A stretch of DNA of 64,000 nucleotides from Candidatus Latescibacterota bacterium (GTDB lineage Bacteria > Latescibacterota > UBA2968 > UBA8231): the NCBI GenBank assembly GCA_964291625.2, contig OZ220089.1:2400001-2464000 (forward strand). The letters are read 5' to 3'. A model generated the notes under the pieces. It searched no databases and had not been told where the DNA came from. It saw nothing but the letters and a program-made list of their open reading frames with translations. Positions 36,203 through 45,379 of the stretch are shown in pieces. Within the stretch, counting starts at the first letter, position 1. Every line of letters begins with the position of its first letter. The position numbers were made by a program, and so were the translations under genes.

Positions 36203-38407
36203 TTGCGTCTCGTCCCTCTCTCCCTTCTCCTCCTGGGTCTGGCCGCGGTCCCCGCCCGCGGCCGGACCGGCGCCCTGGCCGGCCACGTGGTCGACAACGA
36301 GAGCGGCCAGGCCGTGGGCTGGACCACCGTGGTCCTCGAGGGCCTCGACCGGGCGCGGACCAGCGACGCCGGGGGGTACTTCTTCTTCGCCAACGTACCC
36401 CCCGGCGTCCATGTCCTGCGCAGCCTGCGCATGGGCTACCACGAGGCCCGCTTCGAGGTCGAGGTAACCGCCGGGGACACGACCCACGTCGATCTGCAGA
36501 TCGGCCACGAGACGATCGCCGTGAGGGCCGTGGTCGTCGAGGGCGAACGGGTCCACCTCTCCCCGCTCCAGGAACCGGAGGTGGTCTTCAGCAGCAGCAA
36601 GCTGCGCCAGAACCTGAGCCGCACCATCGCCGAGACGATCGACTACGAGCCGGGCATCGCCCAGCGCTCCATGGGGCCGGCGCCGTCGCGGCCGGTGCTG
36701 CGCGGCCTGGGAGGCGACCGCCTGCTGGTGCTCGAGGACGGGGAGCGCACCGGCGATCTCTCGGCCACCTCCTCGGACCACGCCGTGGCCATCGAGCCGA
36801 TGACCACCGAGCGCATCGAGGTCGTGCGCGGGCCCCGGACCCTGCTCCACGGCTCCAACGCCTTGGCCGGGGTGGTCAACGTGGTCCGGGGATACGTGCC
36901 CTCCGAGCTGCCCGAGGGCCTGAGGGGCTCCTTCACCTGGCAGGGGGAGAGCGTCAACCGGGGCCTGGCCGGCGGCCTGGCCCTGGAGCATGCTCTCGGG
37001 CCGGTGGCGGTGCGGGCCGACGGCAGTCTGCGCGACGCCGACGCCATCGGCACCCCGCGCGGGGAGCTGCCCAACACCGAGATCCGCACGGGCAACACCT
37101 CCGTCGGCGTCGGGCTGGTGCGGCCCTGGGGGCACGCGGGCGTCTCCGGCAGCCTCTACGACTCCGACTACGGCATCCCCCCCGACCCCGAGGGCGGCCA
37201 CCCCCACGGCGTCTCCGTCGAGCTGTTGCGCCAGCATCTCGAGGGGCGGGGCGAGATCCTCACCGGCCCGGCTTGGCTCCAGCGCCTGGAGCTGCACCAC
37301 TCCTTCTCGCGCTACCAGCACGGCGAGTTCGAGGCGGACGGCTCCCTCGGCATGGAGTTCGGCGTCCTCTCCCATCACCTCGGCGCCCTGGCCCACCTCG
37401 AGCCCCTGGGGCCCGTGGCCGACGGCGCCGCCGGCGTGTGGTACGAGTACCGGAACTACGCCGCCGCCGGGCTCAACTTCACCCCCGCCGCCGATGAGTA
37501 CGCCGGGGCCCTCTACACCTACCAGGAGACGGAGGCCGGGCCGTGGTCCGCCAGCGCCGCCCTGCGCTTCGACGCCCGCCGCGTCGAGCCCCGTGAGGAG
37601 CGGGAATCCCGGACGGTGGGCCGCATCCGCAGCCGCGACTTTGGCGGCTTCTCCGCCGGCCTGTCCGGCCACTACCGGGCCACCTCGAGCCTGACCCTGG
37701 GCTCGACCCTGATGCGCACCTTCCGGGCCCCCGGCATCGAGGAGCTGTTTTCCGAGGGGCCCCACCTGGCCGCCTATTCCTACGAGGTCGGCAACGGGAA
37801 CCTGGACAGCGAGCGCGGCCGGGGGCTGGAGGTCTTCGCCGAGTACCGGCGCCAGGACGGCCAGATCCACCTGGCCTTCTTCCGCAACGCCATCGACGGC
37901 TACATCTTCCCCAAGAACACGGGCGAGCGCAGCCTGCGCCGGGCCGATCTCTTCCTCTACAGGATGGTGGGGGAGCCGGTCCTCATGCACGGTGCCGAGG
38001 TCGCCTTCGACTGGTTCCTCGCCCGTCACTGGAAGGGGGCCGGAACCCTCAGCTACGTGCAAGGCCACCTCACCGACCTCGACGACGAGCCCCTGCCGCG
38101 CCTCCCCCCCCTGCAGGGGCGGGTCACCCTCAGCTGGGAGCCGTCCGAGGCCCTGAAGGCGGCGGCCGCCCTGCGCCTGGCCGCCGACCAGGACCGCCCC
38201 GGGGAGTTCGAGGAACCCACCGAGGGCTACGCGGTCCTCGACCTCTCGGGCGAGCACCACGTGCACTGGGGAGGGCGCCTGCACACCCTCTCCCTGACCC
38301 TGGAGAACGCCACCGACGCGGTCTACCGCAACCACCTCAACCGCGTCAAGGAGATCCTGCCCGAGCCGGGCCGCAACCTCCGTCTGCTCTACAAGATGTT
38401 CTTCTGA
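36203..38407 (+). CDS. TonB-dependent receptor (ZnuD-like, probable Zn/Ni/Co uptake)
   Basis: Carboxypeptidase-regulatory-like N-domain, plug 'SRPVLRGLGGDR...SSDHAV...RIEVVRGP', 'ELFSEGPHLA', 'YRNHL...PGRN', terminal Phe. Confidence 0.9.
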   Translation: MRLVPLSLLLLGLAAVPARGRTGALAGHVVDNESGQAVGWTTVVLEGLDRARTSDAGGYFFFANVPPGVHVLRSLRMGYHEARFEVEVTAGDTTHVDLQIGHETIAVRAVVVEGERVHLSPLQEPEVVFSSSKLRQNLSRTIAETIDYEPGIAQRSMGPAPSRPVLRGLGGDRLLVLEDGERTGDLSATSSDHAVAIEPMTTERIEVVRGPRTLLHGSNALAGVVNVVRGYVPSELPEGLRGSFTWQGESVNRGLAGGLALEHALGPVAVRADGSLRDADAIGTPRGELPNTEIRTGNTSVGVGLVRPWGHAGVSGSLYDSDYGIPPDPEGGHPHGVSVELLRQHLEGRGEILTGPAWLQRLELHHSFSRYQHGEFEADGSLGMEFGVLSHHLGALAHLEPLGPVADGAAGVWYEYRNYAAAGLNFTPAADEYAGALYTYQETEAGPWSASAALRFDARRVEPREERESRTVGRIRSRDFGGFSAGLSGHYRATSSLTLGSTLMRTFRAPGIEELFSEGPHLAAYSYEVGNGNLDSERGRGLEVFAEYRRQDGQIHLAFFRNAIDGYIFPKNTGERSLRRADLFLYRMVGEPVLMHGAEVAFDWFLARHWKGAGTLSYVQGHLTDLDDEPLPRLPPLQGRVTLSWEPSEALKAAAALRLAADQDRPGEFEEPTEGYAVLDLSGEHHVHWGGRLHTLSLTLENATDAVYRNHLNRVKEILPEPGRNLRLLYKMFF

Positions 38408-38496
38408 AGCATCGGCGATCTCCCTCGCCCGAAACGGGCCCGCCGGCCTACATTTGCCGTCGAGGTTCGGCCCCCAAACGTCACCCGGAGGATCCC

Positions 38497-39504
38497 ATGC
38501 CCGCCCTCAGCCGCGAGCAGGTCGAGCACTTCGAAGAGCAGGGCTACGTCGTCGTCGACAACGTCATCGACCCGGAGAAGACCCTCGATCCCGTGATCGA
38601 GGAGTACGCCGAGGTCCTCGACCGGCTCGCCGGCGAGCTCCACGAGCGCGGCGAGATCCCCTCGCGCTACGAGGACCTCGAGTTCGGCGACCGCTACATC
38701 CGGATCTGCATCGAGACCGGGGCCGTCCACAGCCAGTACTTCGACTTCTCCCTGCCCTTCCAGAACGTCAGGCCCGACACCCCCTTCTGGGCCGGCCCCG
38801 CCGTCTTCCGGGCCCTCACCGACGAGGACCTGCTCGACGCGGTGGAGTCCCTCATCGGCCCCGAGATCTACTCCAATCCCGTGCAGCACGTACGCATCAA
38901 GCCGCCCGAGCGCCACCTGCCCACCAATGCCCACGGCAACGCCATCCTCGGGGCCACCCACTGGCACCAGGACCACGGCGTGGTCACCGAGGAAGCCGAC
39001 GAGACCCGCATGCTCACGGTCTGGTTCTCGCTCGAGGACACGCCCATGGAGAAGGGGCCCCTCCACCTCGTGCCGGGCTCGCACCGCACCGGCCTGCTGC
39101 CCCACTGCCCCAACTACATGGGCAACGGCCCCAAGTCCGCCGGCAGCACCCAGATCCCCGAGAAGCTCTTCGACGCCGAGCACTCGCGGGCCCTCCCGGT
39201 GGCTCCGGGCGCGGTCATCTTCATGCACAAGCAGACCGTCCACGGCTCGCTCTCCAACGTCAGCGACGAGGTCCGCTTCAGCTTCGACCTGCGCTACAAC
39301 CCCACCCACGAGCCCACCGGCCGCACCGCCTTCCCCGGCTTCGTGGCCCGCAGCCGCGCCAACCCTTCGACCGAGCTCCGCGATCCCGAAGCCTGGCACA
39401 GCTCCTGGCTCGAGGCGCGCGCCAACATGTCGATGATCAACCAGGGCGGCAAGATCGACATCCCCTTCCGCCGCCCCAAGACCGAGCACCCCCTCTGCGC
39501 CTGA
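38497..39504 (+). CDS. Phytanoyl-CoA dioxygenase family protein
   Basis: 'FEEQGYVVV', 'WHQD', 'LVPGSH', 'TVHGS', 'RFSFDLRY'. Confidence 0.9.
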   Translation: MPALSREQVEHFEEQGYVVVDNVIDPEKTLDPVIEEYAEVLDRLAGELHERGEIPSRYEDLEFGDRYIRICIETGAVHSQYFDFSLPFQNVRPDTPFWAGPAVFRALTDEDLLDAVESLIGPEIYSNPVQHVRIKPPERHLPTNAHGNAILGATHWHQDHGVVTEEADETRMLTVWFSLEDTPMEKGPLHLVPGSHRTGLLPHCPNYMGNGPKSAGSTQIPEKLFDAEHSRALPVAPGAVIFMHKQTVHGSLSNVSDEVRFSFDLRYNPTHEPTGRTAFPGFVARSRANPSTELRDPEAWHSSWLEARANMSMINQGGKIDIPFRRPKTEHPLCA

Positions 39505-40838
39505 TGGAGGATCTGGGCGGTCTCCACGCCGACCCCGGCGCGCTGCTGCAGCACCTCCTTCGCTTCGACACGACGAATCCCCCGGGGCGCGAGCGCCCCT
39601 GCATCGAGTGGGCGGCCGGCCTGCTCGACGCCTACGGCATCGACTCCCGTCTCTTCGCCCTCGACCCCGAACGCCCGAACTTGGTGGCCCGCGTCCGCGG
39701 CGGCTCCGAGCCGCCGCTGCTGCTCTACGGACATGTGGACGTCGTCACCACCGCCGGTCAGCCCTGGAGCCGCGATCCCTTCGGCGGCGAACGCTCCGGC
39801 GGCGTGATCTGGGGCCGGGGCTCCCTCGACATGAAGGGAGGCGACGCGATGATGATCGCCGCCTTCCTGCGCGCCGCCCACGATGGGGACGAGCTGCCGG
39901 GAGACGTCATCCTCTGCCTGCTCTCCGACGAGGAGGCCGGGGCCGAGCACGGCGCCCGCTTCATGGTCGAGCAGCATCCGGAGCAGTTCGCGGGGGTGCG
40001 CTTCGCCCTCGGGGAGTTCGGCGGCTACCGGGAACGGGTCCTGGGCAGGTCCTTCTATCCGATCCAGGTCTCGGAGAAGACGGTGGTCCGCCTCACCGGC
40101 CGCCTGCGCGGTCCCGGCGGTCACGGGGCCATGGTCCACCGCGGCGGCATCATGGCCCGGCTGGGCCGGGTGCTCACGGCCCTGGACCGCAACCGGCTCC
40201 CGGTGAACGTGACCCCTGCGGCGTCGGCGATGATCGAGGCCGTGGCCGCCGGCCTGCCGGAGCCGGAAGCGGCGACCGTCCTCGGCCTGCTCGACCCCGC
40301 CCGCACGGATGCCACCCTCGACGGCATGGGGCCCGAGGGCGACGCCTTCGACTGCATCCTCCACGACACGGTCAACGTGACCGTGATCGACGCCGGGGAG
40401 AAGTTCAACGTCGTCCCCAGCACCGTGGAGCTGGGCTTCGACGCCCGCATCCTTCCCGCCTCCAGCCCGGAGAAGCTCCTCTCCGACCTGAAGGCGCTGG
40501 TGGGCGACGACGTCGAGTTCGACCCGCCCCAGGCATTGGGCGAGCCCATGGGGGAGCCCGACCTGGGGCTGCTGCCCCTCCTGGAGCGGGTGCTGAAGGA
40601 CCGGGACCCCGAGGCGCGGCCCATGCCCATGCTCATGGTGGGCGCCACCGACGGGCGCGAGTTCCGCCGCCTCGGGATCCAGACCTACGGGTTCCTCCCC
40701 CTCGACCTGCCCGTGGAGATCGAGGTCTTCCGGCTGATTCACGCCGCCGACGAGAGGGTCCCGGCCCGCTGCCTCGAGTTCGGCACCCGGTGCATCCACG
40801 AGGTCCTCCGGCGCTTCGACGAGGTGGACGGCCCATGA
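39504..40838 (+). CDS. M20/M25/M40 family metallopeptidase/deacylase
   Basis: 'GHVDVV', 'GRGSLDMKG', 'SDEEAG', 'GATD', 'IHAADERV'. ATG overlaps the previous stop. Confidence 0.9.
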   Translation: MEDLGGLHADPGALLQHLLRFDTTNPPGRERPCIEWAAGLLDAYGIDSRLFALDPERPNLVARVRGGSEPPLLLYGHVDVVTTAGQPWSRDPFGGERSGGVIWGRGSLDMKGGDAMMIAAFLRAAHDGDELPGDVILCLLSDEEAGAEHGARFMVEQHPEQFAGVRFALGEFGGYRERVLGRSFYPIQVSEKTVVRLTGRLRGPGGHGAMVHRGGIMARLGRVLTALDRNRLPVNVTPAASAMIEAVAAGLPEPEAATVLGLLDPARTDATLDGMGPEGDAFDCILHDTVNVTVIDAGEKFNVVPSTVELGFDARILPASSPEKLLSDLKALVGDDVEFDPPQALGEPMGEPDLGLLPLLERVLKDRDPEARPMPMLMVGATDGREFRRLGIQTYGFLPLDLPVEIEVFRLIHAADERVPARCLEFGTRCIHEVLRRFDEVDGP

Positions 40839-40913
40839 GCCGCGCGCCGGGGGCCGAGGGTCCCGACACCTCGGTGCGGCCGAGGCCTGACGACGGATCC
40901 TGCTGAGCGCGGC

Positions 40914-41270
40914 TTGTCAGCGCGGCGAGTGCTTCTGGCGATCCTGTTGCTGGCAGGAGCCGGCTATCTCGGCCTCCGCGGCATGCGCTCCCCGGAGGAA
41001 GGGGCCTCGCCACCCGCTCCGGCCCCGGCCCGAAGCCACTACGCCCTCTACTGCGCCGACTGCCACGGCTCCGACATGGACGGCGGCATGGCCAGCAGCC
41101 TGGTGGACGGCCGCTGGGCCTTCGGGGACAGCACCGCCGCCATCTTCCGGGCCGTTGCCGACGGCCTCGAAGCCGACGGCATGCCCGCCTTCGGCGCGGT
41201 CCTGACGCCGGCCGATATCGACGCCCTCGTCGCCCTGATGCGGGCGGCCGAGGCTGAACCCGCTCCATAG
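40914..41270 (+). CDS. c-type cytochrome
   Basis: N-terminal membrane anchor, CADCH heme motif, 'GMPAF'. Confidence 0.85.
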   Translation: MSARRVLLAILLLAGAGYLGLRGMRSPEEGASPPAPAPARSHYALYCADCHGSDMDGGMASSLVDGRWAFGDSTAAIFRAVADGLEADGMPAFGAVLTPADIDALVALMRAAEAEPAP

Positions 41271-41282
41271 AGAGGATCCTTC

Positions 41283-42422
41283 ATGAGCAGCCTGGCGCGG
41301 CTGTCATCCTGCGCCCTGCTCGCCCTGGGCTGCGCCTCGGGCGATGTCACCGATCTCGTCGTCGAGTCGGAGGAGCATCCCTTCCGGGTCGAGACCTTTG
41401 CCACGGGGTTCGGGGTGCCCTGGGGCCTCGCCTTCCTTCCCGACGGCCGGCTGCTGGTGACCGAGCAGGAGGGGCTCCTGCGCATCGCTGCAGAGGATGG
41501 GTCGGTCTCCGAGCCGATAGAGGGAGTGCCCGCCGTCTTCGCCCGGGGACAGGGCGGCCTGATGGACGTGGCCCTGCACCCCCGGTACGCCGAGCAGGGC
41601 TGGATCTACCTGAGCTATTCGGAGCCTCTGCGGGGCCCGGAGGGTTCGACCGTGGGCCACACGGTCATCGCCCGGGCCCGCTTGCGGGAGCACCGTCTCG
41701 CCGACCTGGAGATCGTCTACCGGGTGCCGGAGCGGTTCTACACCCGGCGCGCCCACCACTACGGCTCGCGCATCCTCTTCGACCGCGCCGGCTTCCTCTA
41801 CTTCGCCATCGGCGACCGCGGCCAGCGCGACCTCGCCCAGAGCCTGGAGTGGCCCAACGGCAAGATCCACCGCCTCCTCGACGATGGCGCCCTGCCGGCA
41901 GACAACCCCTTCGCAGGACAGCCGGGAGCCATCGAGTCGATCTGGTCCTACGGGCACCGCAATCCGCAGGGTCTGGCCCTGCATCCCGTCACCGGTCAGC
42001 TGTGGTCCGCCGAGCACGGCCCCAAGGGCGGCGACGAGCTCAACCACATCCGCCGCGGCCTCAATTACGGCTGGCCGGCGATCACCTACGGCATCAACTA
42101 CGACGGCACCCCCATCACCGATGTCACCCACGCCGAAGGCATGGAACAGCCGGAGACGTACTGGGTGCCCTCCATCGCCGTCTGCGGCATCGACTTCTAC
42201 ACGGGCGACCGCTTCCCCCGGTGGCGGCACGACCTGCTGGTGACCTCCCTGCGCTTCAACCGCCTGCACCGCCTGCGGCTGGAGGGCCGCGAGGTGGTCC
42301 ACGAGGAGATCGTCTACCAGGGGGATTCGCGCGTGCGCGACGTGCAGACCGGCCCCGACGGGGCCGTCTACCTGGCGGTGGAAAAGCCGGGGCGGATCCT
42401 GCGGCTGGTCAGCCTGGAGTGA
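41283..42422 (+). CDS. PQQ-dependent sugar dehydrogenase (GSDH family)
   Basis: 'PWGLAFLPDG', 'GQGGLMDV', 'YGHRNPQG', 'EHGPKGGDELN', 'NYGWP', 'RVRDV'. Confidence 0.92.
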   Translation: MSSLARLSSCALLALGCASGDVTDLVVESEEHPFRVETFATGFGVPWGLAFLPDGRLLVTEQEGLLRIAAEDGSVSEPIEGVPAVFARGQGGLMDVALHPRYAEQGWIYLSYSEPLRGPEGSTVGHTVIARARLREHRLADLEIVYRVPERFYTRRAHHYGSRILFDRAGFLYFAIGDRGQRDLAQSLEWPNGKIHRLLDDGALPADNPFAGQPGAIESIWSYGHRNPQGLALHPVTGQLWSAEHGPKGGDELNHIRRGLNYGWPAITYGINYDGTPITDVTHAEGMEQPETYWVPSIAVCGIDFYTGDRFPRWRHDLLVTSLRFNRLHRLRLEGREVVHEEIVYQGDSRVRDVQTGPDGAVYLAVEKPGRILRLVSLE

Positions 42423-43617
42423 CCGGGGGCCGCCGCGATCGGAAGGAAAGCCCCAGGTAGGAGTGGCCCTCCGCCGGCCAGTCCGGGTTGTTGGCGAACC
42501 GCGACCAGCTGATGGACAGGTGCCTGGCGACGAACAGGAGCGCGTCCCGGGAGGTGCCGGGGGGTGCTCTCTCCAGGTGGTGCGCCATGTACCTGAAGAG
42601 ACCATTGGACCGCACGGTCTCTCCCGACGTCCTGAAGTGGACCTCCCCATCGTAGTCGTCGTACTCGCCTCGGCGGAAGGAGATCGTCTCGAGGATCGAG
42701 ACCTCGTATCCCCTCTTGTCGTCCTCGGCAAGGCTCGTGACCTGGACGCCCTCTATCTGGGGGCGGTAGGTCTCCGTTGCCAAGGTCACTTTCCCGATCG
42801 TGATCCGGAGGGCGTCGGAATGCCAGTCCATGGCAAGGCTGCCCGACCATCCGTGGCGTCTGTTCGCCGGCAGAGGGTCGTCTTCCGCCGCGATCCTGGA
42901 GCCGCGATTGTGCCAGGCGATGCCGTATCCGATGTCGAGCCTGGGCTGGAGATGAGGACCCAGGGCAAGCTCGCGGCCGGTCAGACGCTTCAGGAGACCG
43001 TCCACGGGTGCCACCGCCATGATACCGTAATCCTGCGCCCTGGCTGACCCCTCCCAGCCACCGAGGTCGGAGGAGATCCACTTGGAGGTCGCACCGACCC
43101 CCACCTCCACGAAGGACCTCAGGGCGAGGCTTACGCCGATATTGTTGGACGCGTCCGCGCTGGGGGAGGTGCCGAGCTGCTCGCCGAGATCGATCCTGGT
43201 GCGGTAACCGTAGAATGCCGCTTCAACCCTTGCCGGGCCCTTCCAGGAGAGAGCCGGGACTACGCCTCCGGCCGAGGCCTGAACGGCGTGATAGTCGTAG
43301 CTCATGTCGTCGGCCAGGGCGCGAAGCCACGGCATCTCGCTCAGGTAGAGGCGGCTCTGGAACGTGTGCGCGGGGGAGGATAGGGCCGCCGCGCCGGGAT
43401 TGTAGTAGCCCGCCGGCTCGTCGGGCAGGGCGACCCCTGCCTGGCCCATCCCGTTGACCCGCACGGAGGGGGAGATCAGCAGGAACAGCGCTGCGGCGTT
43501 GCTCTCGGGAGTCGCTTCGGCCGGTCCACCCTTCACCACCAGAAGGGCCAGCGCCAGGACGACCGAGAGTCTGGCGGCCCCTGCGGGACGGTTCACGCCG
43601 GCCGTTTGTCTCTGCAT
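42409..43617 (-). CDS. PorV/PorQ-like outer-membrane protein
   Basis: 'AAALFLLISPSVRVNGMGQAGVAL...YYNPGA', beta-barrel pattern. AAAGGAGG RBS. Confidence 0.75.
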   Translation of the reverse strand: MQRQTAGVNRPAGAARLSVVLALALLVVKGGPAEATPESNAAALFLLISPSVRVNGMGQAGVALPDEPAGYYNPGAAALSSPAHTFQSRLYLSEMPWLRALADDMSYDYHAVQASAGGVVPALSWKGPARVEAAFYGYRTRIDLGEQLGTSPSADASNNIGVSLALRSFVEVGVGATSKWISSDLGGWEGSARAQDYGIMAVAPVDGLLKRLTGRELALGPHLQPRLDIGYGIAWHNRGSRIAAEDDPLPANRRHGWSGSLAMDWHSDALRITIGKVTLATETYRPQIEGVQVTSLAEDDKRGYEVSILETISFRRGEYDDYDGEVHFRTSGETVRSNGLFRYMAHHLERAPPGTSRDALLFVARHLSISWSRFANNPDWPAEGHSYLGLSFRSRRPPVTPG

Positions 43618-43692
43618 GGCACAGTCCCTCCTTTCGGGGTCATTCCCTTTTGAACTCTCGCGGGTGCCACAGGTTCCTCTCATTGCTCACGT

Positions 43693-43757
43693 CGCTCCAC
43701 GAAGATCGGGCTGCTCCAGGCGCGGTGCTGGTCGACCTGGGTCACCCGCACCCAGTA
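43693..43757. repeat. Direct repeat copy 1 (displaced 3' end of the DUF3604-like gene)
   Basis: 65 bp identical to 45393-45457 except one base. Minus strand reads YWVRVTQVDQHRAWSSPIFVER then REQ*. Confidence 0.95.
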
Positions 43758-43788
43758 GGGGTGTCTCCGACTAAGCGCAAGCCAACAG

Positions 43789-44127
43789 TCAGAACCGTCC
43801 CGCCAGAGACTCCAGTCGTTTGCAGATCTCGTCCCTTGGGAGGAAGACCGAGCCGTCGGATTTCCAAGCCCGCAGAGCCTCCACCAGCAGGGATATGTCG
43901 CAGGTTTCGGCACGTGCCAGCTCGTCAATTACCCAAAGCACGCCGTGGACCCGAAGCCCCCTGTCGGTTGCCACTTTCCGGAGGAAGGCGTCGCCGGTCA
44001 GCAAGATGCCCCGGTTCACATGTGCGGTAACGAGACAGAAGCAGTCGTTCGCAGACAGGGCACGGTGGCGGCCCTTGAGTGCGAATGCCTGCGCGACCTC
44101 GTCAGCTGTCAGATTGACACAGGTCAC
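43789..44127 (-). pseudogene. PIN-domain (VapC-like) protein, apparently with an internal N-terminal deletion
   Basis: 'LSANDCFCLV...ILLTGDAFLR...VHGVLWVIDEL'. GTG overlaps the ImmA stop. Only 112 aa and lacks the first beta-strand Asp motif. Confidence 0.65.
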
Positions 44128-45202
44128 TGAATGGGCGGACCGCTGATCTGCTGCTCGACCGCGTCGAGGGACTCGTCGAGAAGAGTGGCCGCACGCACCG
44201 GCGAGATCAGCTCTTCGCCGACGGCACGCCAGACAAGTCGCTCGAAGCGCTGGGGCTTCTCGAATGCCCCGAATCCTTGATCGGAGCCGATCGGTTCTGG
44301 TTCCGACTTTCGCCAGGAGCGGGCAAAGGTCCTGAAGGCGCGCTCGACGGCGGAAGGACGCAGGATGCCGACTTGACCGAGGCGGACCAACATTGCGGCT
44401 GCTGAGACGCCGTAGGTGTGCTTGAGGCGGATGATTTCGTAGTAGGTGACGCGGTGACGGCTTGTTCCGGCTTCCTCCAGGAGATGTTTGCGTGGGACGA
44501 GGAAGGCGCCTGCGAAGCGGTTCATTGCCGCCTCCAGCTTGATGGCAGGGTTTCCGGTGGAACGGATGATTCTGTGTGCGAGCTCGTGGGCCAAGGTGAG
44601 GCGTTTGCGCTCCACCGTCGTCCACTTCGATACCGCTACTGCATCGACGACCACCCTGCCGTCTCGCATGACGTGGCAAGCCAAACCGCTGATGCGCTCA
44701 GGGAGGTCTCCTTCGACCACCTTTATTCCCTTCTCCTCAAGGAGGGCGCACAGGCTGGGCACTGGATCGTTGCCAAGGTCCCACGCGTTGCGGACCTCAT
44801 CGGCCTGGTGTCGATCTCTTCTTCGGTGGCGACGCTGTCGCAGCGGCGATCCGCGAACGAGTCGCCTGGCGGCGATAGTTCGAGGACTTCCTCGATTGTC
44901 AGGTACCGCTCGAGGTTTTCGATGAGGACGGCTTCGGCCCTGGCGCGGTCGCTGGGGGAAGTCCTGGAGTGCTTGCGGAACTCAAGGCCGTCGACCGCCT
45001 CGACTTGGGTGCTCATCAGGAAGTCCAGCGAGACATCGAGCGCCTTGCCGAGGCCCACCAGAACCGCCGAAGAGGGCATCATCTTGCCCGCCTCGTACTT
45101 GCTGATGGCCTGCGCGGTGACTCTCGGCTCCGTCCGCTCCGCAAGTGACCGCATGGAAAGGCCTGCTCGCTTACGGGCGAGCCGAAGTCGTCTTCCAAAC
45201 AT
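44124..45202 (-). pseudogene. XRE HTH-ImmA/IrrE metallopeptidase fusion, frameshifted at ~44805
   Basis: HTH 'RLRLARKRAGLSMRSLA...AQAISKYEAGK' and HExxH 'TLAHELAH' lie in different frames. Adding one base gives 'EIDT(K)ADEVRNAWDLGNDPVPSL'. Confidence 0.85.
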
Positions 45203-45379
45203 GCCACCCTCTCCTTTCTCGCAACTGATGGTTGACAGCGCAAGCGTCACTGTCGACATCGTCAACCATGAGTTGATGTAGCGTGGTCCAGAGCGGACCG
45301 TCGATGCCCTGCGTGCTCGCTGACCATGGGATAGCTGCCGGCTCTGACCCCAGATGAGTCGATCTGGGAGTGACCGCGG

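Noticed and set aside
33941-38335. Very long minus-strand ORF (1464 aa) and similar long shadow ORFs (e.g. 8341..10917, 21490..24564, 21656..24280)
   Set aside because: Antisense or alternate-frame shadows of well-supported genes, expected in high-GC DNA; Arg/Pro/Gly-rich with no motifs.
43655-43670. TGGCAC upstream of the PorV-like gene as a sigma54 promoter
   Set aside because: Lacks the -12 GC at the required spacing.
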